This document shows, one piece after another, positions 58,020-64,000 of a DNA stretch of 64,000 nt. The translations under genes were made by a program, and so were the position numbers. How positions within the stretch are numbered: position 1 is the stretch's first letter; each line of letters begins with the position of its first letter. Origin of the DNA: a bacterium (GTDB lineage Bacteria > Hinthialibacterota > Hinthialibacteria > Hinthialibacterales > Hinthialibacteraceae); assembly GCA_041946805.1 (NCBI GenBank), contig JBHGBC010000007.1, positions 7,527 to 71,526 on the forward strand, read 5' to 3'. Under the pieces are notes generated by a model. The model saw only the letters and a list, made by a program, of their open reading frames with translations, searched no databases and was not told the origin of the DNA.

Positions 58020-58696
58020 AAACCATCTGGATCCTGGTCCAAAAAGATTTGCTGCGGGACCTGAAACGCCCGTGGGGGGTGATCGTGCTCATGTGCATCC
58101 CGGTGATCACGGGATGGTTCATGTCCCTGGCCTTCGGAGGCGGGGAGGGAACCGAATCCGCGATCGTGATCCACGTCGCGGTCCTCGATCAGGACGAGAA
58201 TTTCTTTGGCGGCATGATGCGGTCCATGGGATCGCAGGGAGATTCCCGGCAAAATCTGCAAATTCATCCCGTCACAACGGTGGAGGAAGGCATCCGCATG
58301 TTGGAGCGGCGCAAGGCCTCGGCGTTTTTGGTCCTGCCCGAAAATCTGACGAATGATTTGATCGGCGGAGTGACCGCCGCTGTTCAATTGTACAAAAATC
58401 CCGCGGAGGCCATGCTGCCCAAGGTGGTGGAGCAGGGAACCGGCCTGCTGGCGGTGGGCATATCGGAGTTTATGGACCTGATCGGGCCGCAAGTCAAAGA
58501 TGTGGTGGACATGCTGGAAAGCGACACCGCGCCGTCCAACTGGGTGTTGGCCATGCGGTTTTATCAAGGTCTTCAGAAATTGGACACCGTGCGTGATTAT
58601 GTGTTCCCGCCCCTGATTGGGTTCGAGACGGTGGCCGCCAAGGAATATATCCCCAGCGCCTCCCGGATCGCGTCCGGCACGGGAGGCGCGCCATGA
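58016..58696 (+). CDS. ABC-2 permease, N-terminal fragment (TM1 + extracytoplasmic loop)
   Basis: TTGA overlap with the ATPase gene. Has a single TM segment (GVIVLMCIPVITGWFMSLAF) then a ~190-aa soluble loop. Matches the N-terminal half of the intact permease at 59301. Confidence 0.6.
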   Translation: MKTIWILVQKDLLRDLKRPWGVIVLMCIPVITGWFMSLAFGGGEGTESAIVIHVAVLDQDENFFGGMMRSMGSQGDSRQNLQIHPVTTVEEGIRMLERRKASAFLVLPENLTNDLIGGVTAAVQLYKNPAEAMLPKVVEQGTGLLAVGISEFMDLIGPQVKDVVDMLESDTAPSNWVLAMRFYQGLQKLDTVRDYVFPPLIGFETVAAKEYIPSASRIASGTGGAP

Positions 58697-59304
58697 ATGA
58701 AATATTCACGTATATGTTTCCCGGATTGATGATGATGTGGATGATCTTCATCGGGCAGAATATCATGGCCGATGTCTATACGGAGTCGGAGAGGAAAACC
58801 CTGCCGCGGATGCTGGGGACTCCCGTGACTTTAAATCAATTCCTTCTGTCCAAGATCATTCGTTGCGTTCTCGTTTGCTTGATCGCCGAGGGGCTGCTGA
58901 TTGTCTTCACCGCGGTGGTTTTTCGCGTGCGCTGGGGCAATCCCTTTTGGTTGATCCTGGTAATCGGGGCGGCCAATCTCTCGATTACCGGGCTTCTGGC
59001 GGCCGTGTACGGCCGGGCGAAAACCAAAACCCTGGCGGACGCCATCACCGTGGTGGTGGCTTTGCTGACCTCCATCGTGGGGGGAGGCATGATACCCTAC
59101 GACGAGATGCCCACCTTCATGAAGACCATCGGAGCGTGGAGCTTTGTCCACTGGAGCGTGCAGGGGATTCAATCGGTCATGAACGCCCGGCCGCTGGGGG
59201 AGACCGCCGTGCCGGTGATGAAGTTGTTGCTCTTCGGCGCGGTGAGCATCTCCTTGGGAATTTATTGGATGAAACACCGCTTTCAGGCAGGCCGTGTCTC
59301 ATGA
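58693..59304 (+). CDS. ABC-2 permease, C-terminal fragment (TM2-TM6)
   Basis: ATGA overlap. Aligns with the C-terminal half of the 59301 permease (LPAYLIMFVLVNTLMFGGVTLVNERAQKQL vs EIFTYMFPGLMMMWMIFIGQNIMADVYTESERKTL). Confidence 0.6.
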   Translation: MNEIFTYMFPGLMMMWMIFIGQNIMADVYTESERKTLPRMLGTPVTLNQFLLSKIIRCVLVCLIAEGLLIVFTAVVFRVRWGNPFWLILVIGAANLSITGLLAAVYGRAKTKTLADAITVVVALLTSIVGGGMIPYDEMPTFMKTIGAWSFVHWSVQGIQSVMNARPLGETAVPVMKLLLFGAVSISLGIYWMKHRFQAGRVS

Positions 59305-60446
59305 ATATTCTCCGCATAGCCCTGTGCGACATGCGCCGGGTCCTCAAGGACCGGCAGATCCTCTTCTGGTGGGTGGCCATGCCCATGGGATTCGTATTGC
59401 TGTTCGGTTCGCTGGGTGGCAATCCCATGCAGCGGCAAGTCTGGATTCCTGTAGTGAACCGGGACGATCATGAATTGTCACGGATTTTCTGTGAGCAACT
59501 CCAGGCGGCAGGTTTCAACGTGGACATCCGTTCCGCCACGGACGAGGCCTACGTGAAAAACTGGTCCCGCGCCATTGTCATACCGGCTGCCTTTTCGGCG
59601 GATGTCCTGAGCGGGACGCCGGCGGGTTTCACGTTCCTGAGGGGCCAGGGGGACATGGAGCAAACCCTCACGGCTCAGGCGCGGGTGCTGCACACCATTG
59701 TCAAATTTACGGGCGCGATGGCCGCGGCGGACGTTATTCGCAACAAATGGAACGAAGCCACGAAGGAGAAACTCCTGGCTGAATTGAGCAAGCCCCAGTT
59801 GCTGTCCGTGGAGACGCCGAGTCACCCGTCCTTGCGTCCCCCGCCTTCCGGCCGGGCTTTTACCTTGCCGGCCTATCTGATCATGTTCGTCCTCGTGAAT
59901 ACCCTCATGTTCGGGGGAGTGACGCTGGTTAATGAGCGCGCCCAGAAGCAGCTGATCCGGCTGATGGCCTCTCCCACCCGCGCCGTGGATATTTTCTTGG
60001 GCAAGATTCTAGGCCGCATGCTGCAACCTATGCTGCAGATTTTGATCTTGCTGCTGCTCGGCAATTTCCTCATGCATGTCTCCCTGGGGGATCATCCCCT
60101 GACTCTCTTGCCCGTCATTTTGTGTTTCGCCCTATGCTGCGGAAGCCTCAGCGTCCTGCTGGGTTCGGTCTGTTCCACCGAGCAACAGATCAGCAGCATC
60201 GGATTGTTGCTGACCATGGTCCTGTCGGCTTTGGGCGGCTGCTGGTGGCCCATGGAGCTGGTTCCGCCTTTTCTTCAGTCCATCGCGATGTTCACGCCCA
60301 CCTTTTGGGGACTGCACGGTTTTCACCAAGTCATGTATTTCGGCAAATCGTTCCCTGACATCCTGATGGATTGCGCCCTTCTGCTGGGATACGCCGCCGC
60401 CTTCATTCTCATCGCCATCCCGCTGTTTCGGTTTGAAAGAAATTGA
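59301..60446 (+). CDS. ABC-2 family exporter permease (intact, 381 aa)
   Basis: ATG at 59301 overlaps the previous stop (ATGA). TM1, a loop, then 5 TM segments. The ORF-track ORF 58737..60446 is a frame chimera. Confidence 0.75.
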   Translation: MNILRIALCDMRRVLKDRQILFWWVAMPMGFVLLFGSLGGNPMQRQVWIPVVNRDDHELSRIFCEQLQAAGFNVDIRSATDEAYVKNWSRAIVIPAAFSADVLSGTPAGFTFLRGQGDMEQTLTAQARVLHTIVKFTGAMAAADVIRNKWNEATKEKLLAELSKPQLLSVETPSHPSLRPPPSGRAFTLPAYLIMFVLVNTLMFGGVTLVNERAQKQLIRLMASPTRAVDIFLGKILGRMLQPMLQILILLLLGNFLMHVSLGDHPLTLLPVILCFALCCGSLSVLLGSVCSTEQQISSIGLLLTMVLSALGGCWWPMELVPPFLQSIAMFTPTFWGLHGFHQVMYFGKSFPDILMDCALLLGYAAAFILIAIPLFRFERN

Positions 60447-60654
60447 GGTTCATCCGGCAGGAGTTTACTATTTTACCCGGCCGCCGGCACGCGTTGCCTC
60501 GCACTGACCGGCGAAAACCTCCGCCAAACTGCCCTCTCCCTCTGGGAGAGGGCCAGGGTGAGGGCATCTGGTCAGGAGAGTACCTTTGGATTCGTTGCCT
60601 CATTCAAGTGATGATGCCTTTATCAGGCTCGCGCGCGCATTACCGGATGATCCC
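60447..60654. mobile_element. MITE-like element copy C (degenerate right terminal inverted repeat) with REP core 60532-60565
   Basis: Left terminal repeat GGTTCATCCGGCAGGAGTTTAC. Right end CATTACCGGATGATCC. Internal REP core identical to copy B. Confidence 0.6.
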
Positions 60655-60680
60655 GAGGCGATGAGAATAGCCCCGCCATC

Positions 60681-61955
60681 ATGACCGGAATCCACTCGAT
60701 TCCCATAATCGCTTTCGCCGGCCTGCTTGGAATTCTGGCGTGCAGTCCCCCGAATCCTGAGCAAGGTGGAGTCCCCCATTCCTTGTCCACTGGGGAAGAA
60801 GAAATCCCCTTGGAGCCGATGGAGGCGGTTCCCGCGATCGACCCCGCCGTCAAACAACAACTCGAGGCCATTGGCTACACGGCCTCCGCGCATCCCGCCC
60901 CGCCCCAAGCCAATGTTACAATTTACGACCCCGCACGGGCCGGGAATGGATTGAACCTCTACGCCTCCTGGCACGCCCCGGAAGCGATGCTCATGGACAT
61001 GCGCGGCCGGGTGCTGCACACCTGGCGGTACGCGTTCGAGGAGGTCTGGCCCGCGCCTGAAAGCCGCGCCGAGATCGACCATCCCGATTTCTGGCGGCGC
61101 GCGCGCCTGCTCGGGAACGGGCATCTGCTGGCCATTTACGAAGGTTACGGCTTGATCCGAGTGGACGCCGCGTCACGTATCGTCTGGGTTTATCCCGGAA
61201 AATGCCATCATGACCTGGACGTGACGGGGGAAGGGAAGATCTACGTGCTCACCCGCGAAGCCAAGCTGTTGCCACAAATCCATCCCAGCGAGCCGGTTTT
61301 GGAGGACGGCATCGCGGTTTTGGATTTGGACGGGCGGGAACTCGCGAAGTACTCCATCCTCGAATGCTTCGAAAATTCGAATTACGCGCCTCTGCTGCGC
61401 AATCTGCCTAGGCGGGAAGGGGATATATTCCATACCAACACCATCCGGGTATTCGATGGGACTTTGGTGCACCGGTCGTCCTTGTTCAAAAAAGGCAATG
61501 TGCTGATTTCCATCCTGCATACCGATACCATCGCCATTCTGGATCTGGAAAAGCGAAGCGTGCTGTGGGCGCTTTCGGGGATGTGGGATGCGCAGCACGA
61601 TCCTTCGCTGCTGCCCAACGGCCGCATGTTGATTCTGGATAACCTGGGCAATGGGGGCCAATCGCGCGTGCTGGAGTTCGATCCCTTCACCCAGGCGGTG
61701 GTATGGATGTACACGGGCGAGCCGGACAAGCCTTTTTTCACCCAAGGCTGCGGGACCTGCGCGCGGCTGCCCAACGGCAACACCTTGATCACCGAGACCG
61801 ATTTCGGCCGGGCCTTCGAGGTGACGCCGGATCGAACCATCGTGTGGGAATTCATCAATCCCCACCGGGCCGGGCCCAACCAGGATCAAATCGCCAAGAT
61901 CGCCGAAATGATCCGCCTGGATTCATCCACCTCCTTGGATTGGATACCCAGGTAG
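60681..61955 (+). CDS. arylsulfotransferase (ASST) family beta-propeller protein, secreted/lipoprotein
   Basis: Signal peptide with ILAC lipobox-like motif. Repeated beta-propeller blades. General ASST-like pattern, not a single diagnostic motif. Confidence 0.45.
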   Translation: MTGIHSIPIIAFAGLLGILACSPPNPEQGGVPHSLSTGEEEIPLEPMEAVPAIDPAVKQQLEAIGYTASAHPAPPQANVTIYDPARAGNGLNLYASWHAPEAMLMDMRGRVLHTWRYAFEEVWPAPESRAEIDHPDFWRRARLLGNGHLLAIYEGYGLIRVDAASRIVWVYPGKCHHDLDVTGEGKIYVLTREAKLLPQIHPSEPVLEDGIAVLDLDGRELAKYSILECFENSNYAPLLRNLPRREGDIFHTNTIRVFDGTLVHRSSLFKKGNVLISILHTDTIAILDLEKRSVLWALSGMWDAQHDPSLLPNGRMLILDNLGNGGQSRVLEFDPFTQAVVWMYTGEPDKPFFTQGCGTCARLPNGNTLITETDFGRAFEVTPDRTIVWEFINPHRAGPNQDQIAKIAEMIRLDSSTSLDWIPR

Positions 61956-61962
61956 GCTCGAT

Positions 61963-63921
61963 TTACTTCAATTCACCGGTGACGGATTCAATCTCCGCTT
62001 GACCGGCCGGGAGTGCGTTCGCGGAAGGCGTTTCGGTGGGGACCGTCCCTTCCGGTTCCGGCCCGATGATTTGGATGGATTGAAATTCGGCCCGCGTGTT
62101 CCAAGTTCCCACGCCCAGGCGGCCTTCGAGGGGAAGATCGAGTTGGGTGGTAATCACTTTCCGGCCGTCCACATATCCCTCAAACCGGCTGGTGTCTGAG
62201 TCGATGACCGCGCGGATATCATGCCAGAGGCCATGGATGAACGAATAACGCACCGGTTGATTTTTCATGCCTTGGGGAAATGGATTCAAGCCGCTCCATA
62301 GTTCGATACTGGGGTACTTGTAGTTCCATTCTCCGATATTCCACGAGTGAAATTGATTGAACGACGCGAAGCCGAAGATGATCTGGGCTCTCTCCGCTCC
62401 CCCGCTGGTTTTCACCCGCAGGCGGATCTCGCCGGTTAGCATATAAGGGCTGAAAAGCAACACCGCGGGCTGGACGGCCGTTTCGGTTTGCTCGAAGGTC
62501 TCCCCGTTTTGGAGCCATCCCCCCCGCAACGGCAGGTAATGCTCCTCGGAGCGAAGGGTCAGGGATCCGGTCCAAGGCGTATCTTCCCATTGTTTATCCG
62601 CGATCATCCGATCTTCCCGGAGGGTGATGGGAGGGCCGGGCATGATGCCACCCGGTCCGCGCGGTCCGCCCGGTCCGCCAAAGCCATACCCGCCCATCCC
62701 CATCATCCCCATCCCGCCGATGAATCCTCCAGGACCATTGGGTGGATAAATCTTCGAAGGAGTAATCCGGGGGATCGTCGATAGGGTCACGGTCCGGGAC
62801 TCCGGCGCGCCGCTCCGGGTAATGGTGAGAGTGATCGTGGAGCGGCCTTCTCCGGAGGCAAGCGCAAGGGCCTTTTCAATGAGGGAGCGGTATTGTGAGG
62901 GATCATCCAGCGGGATGCCTTCCACGGCGGTGATGAGGTCATCGCTTTGCAGGCCGGCCACAAACGCGGGTGAATTGTACACGACGGCATGGATGGGGAT
63001 TCCGGGCCGGCCGGTTGATTCCCACACCACGCGGATTCCCAACTTGTTGAAGAATTCCTTCGGGTTCGTGAGGGTAGCGGGATAGACCGGGCCGGAAGAA
63101 CCCGTTCCCGTGACGCGGATGGACTTGAAACTGGCGTGGGTCAACCATGTTCCGATACCCAACCGCCCCTCGAAGGTATCGGGAATTACGCATTCCAGGA
63201 TTTGTGCGCCGTCAACATACCCTTCCACCCGTTTCTCGCTGGAATCGAGCACCAGACGGATGTCGTGCCATTGCCCGTGGGATAGTTGGAAGGGTACGCG
63301 CGGCGTGATTTCCTCCAAGATCCGTTCGTGCAAGTGAGACCATTTTTCCACCATGCTGCACGTGTTGTCCCACCCGCCGAGGTTCCATACGAAATACCGA
63401 GTGGGGGAATTATACCCGAAGACTACCCGCACGCCTTCCTGCCCGGCGTCCGGCCGCGCTTGGAAGTGGATCTCTCCATTGGCCATCACCGGGCTGAAGA
63501 GCAGGATCGTTTGCGTGAAGCCAGGATTCGCCTGCTCGATCTCCCCGTTCTTCCAGTTCCAGTGTCCCCGGAGGGGAAGCACCTGGTTGGGTGTCTCGAT
63601 GTCCAGCGGACCCGCGATCAGGTTGGAAAGCCATCCTTGATCCCGGAGGGCTTGTTCTTCCTCACCCTGGGGCACATGCTTGCCCAGGGAGTATCCCATT
63701 CCCTCGTCGATATACAGCCAGCCATCGTTTTCCGATTCAGCCCCGGTGTCTCCGGGATTGGGGGATGCAGCCGCGGTTGGGGTGGAACTATCCACTTCGG
63801 CGGGACTGTTCAGACCGGTTCCCATGAAACCCAAGAGAAAAGGGATCAGAAGAAAAACCGGAACGGTCCAGTAAGTGGCGTCATGGAACGTGCGTTGGAA
63901 ATGGGGTGTGGACTTCGGCAT
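61963..63921 (-). CDS. membrane-anchored protein with two DUF1080 (3-keto-disaccharide hydrolase-like) domains and a central PDZ domain
   Basis: Two homologous segments (WHDIRLVLDSSEKRVEGYVDGAQI...RLGIGTW and WHDIRAVIDSDTSRFEGYVDGRKV...RLGVGTW) typical of DUF1080. PDZ-like segment GIPIHAVVYNSPAFVAGLQSDDLITAVEGIPL. Gly/Met-rich linker. Confidence 0.55.
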   Translation of the reverse strand: MPKSTPHFQRTFHDATYWTVPVFLLIPFLLGFMGTGLNSPAEVDSSTPTAAASPNPGDTGAESENDGWLYIDEGMGYSLGKHVPQGEEEQALRDQGWLSNLIAGPLDIETPNQVLPLRGHWNWKNGEIEQANPGFTQTILLFSPVMANGEIHFQARPDAGQEGVRVVFGYNSPTRYFVWNLGGWDNTCSMVEKWSHLHERILEEITPRVPFQLSHGQWHDIRLVLDSSEKRVEGYVDGAQILECVIPDTFEGRLGIGTWLTHASFKSIRVTGTGSSGPVYPATLTNPKEFFNKLGIRVVWESTGRPGIPIHAVVYNSPAFVAGLQSDDLITAVEGIPLDDPSQYRSLIEKALALASGEGRSTITLTITRSGAPESRTVTLSTIPRITPSKIYPPNGPGGFIGGMGMMGMGGYGFGGPGGPRGPGGIMPGPPITLREDRMIADKQWEDTPWTGSLTLRSEEHYLPLRGGWLQNGETFEQTETAVQPAVLLFSPYMLTGEIRLRVKTSGGAERAQIIFGFASFNQFHSWNIGEWNYKYPSIELWSGLNPFPQGMKNQPVRYSFIHGLWHDIRAVIDSDTSRFEGYVDGRKVITTQLDLPLEGRLGVGTWNTRAEFQSIQIIGPEPEGTVPTETPSANALPAGQAEIESVTGELK

Positions 63922-64000
63922 GGTTCGCCAGGCTCCCCTGTGTTCTCGATCAGTTTTTCCAGTTTAAAGAGACTTCTACGCACGGCCGGATTCAGCTCAT

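Noticed and set aside
58737-60446. 569-aa ORF in the ORF track spanning the permease fragments and permease 2
   Set aside because: It is a frame chimera. Its first ~190 aa are junk read in an alternate frame over the 58693 gene. The real gene starts at the internal ATG at 59301 (MNILRIALC...).
1-64000. tRNA, rRNA and CRISPR arrays
   Set aside because: No T-loop (GTTCGAATC/GTTCAAATC) motifs were found in intergenic regions. The only regularly spaced direct repeats are the REP/MITE elements, which have irregular multi-kb spacing. No rRNA-like conserved blocks were seen.

Overview
High-GC (~62%) bacterial chromosomal segment with dense, co-directional coding and frequent 4-bp ATGA/TTGA start-stop overlaps. 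Sulfatases, clan GH-A glycoside hydrolases, ThuA, DUF1080, a dockerin-bearing giant surface protein and BshA suggest an uncultivated PVC-like or candidate-phylum organism; the taxon is not certain. Main content in order:
1. 1-16.8 kb: a partly accessory block with a secreted prenyltransferase-repeat protein, a ~980 aa GH-A hydrolase, a sulfatase, an OYE flavin oxidoreductase, a GT-C-like membrane protein, a 550 aa polytopic membrane protein plus ThuA (both flanked by a ~135 bp inverted repeat pair), an ICMT-like methyltransferase fused in translation to a GH-A hydrolase, and BshA.
2. 17.0-29.1 kb: a Firmicute/spirochete-style flagellar operon on the minus strand, fliK-flgD-(flagellar operon protein)-flgE-flbD-motA-motB-motB-maf. 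FlgE (994 aa) and FliK (~780 aa) are unusually large, and there are two tandem motB paralogs.
3. 29.3-37.3 kb: housekeeping genes folB, recG, a URO-D-like gene, a sodium:solute symporter, kdsB and a hypothetical gene.
4. 37.5-41.2 kb: the most unusual module. A sigma-54 enhancer-binding protein with a non-receiver N-terminus sits upstream of a 496 aa HIRAN-domain fusion protein and a 115 aa partner protein.
5. 41.6-51.1 kb: a 3152 aa repetitive beta-helix/CarboxypepD_reg/dockerin protein.
6. 51.6-64.0 kb: an 873 aa secreted protein, DUF488, class II DAHP synthase, ArfB-like, an ABC-2 exporter cluster in which one permease is split into two coupled ORFs, an arylsulfotransferase-like gene, and a PDZ + 2x DUF1080 protein.
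At least 10 copies of a REP-like palindromic element (CCCTCACCCTGGCCCTCTCCC-N3-GGGAGAGGG) lie in intergenic regions. Three of them sit inside a ~210 bp MITE-like element whose terminal inverted repeats covary between copies. No tRNA, rRNA or CRISPR was detected.
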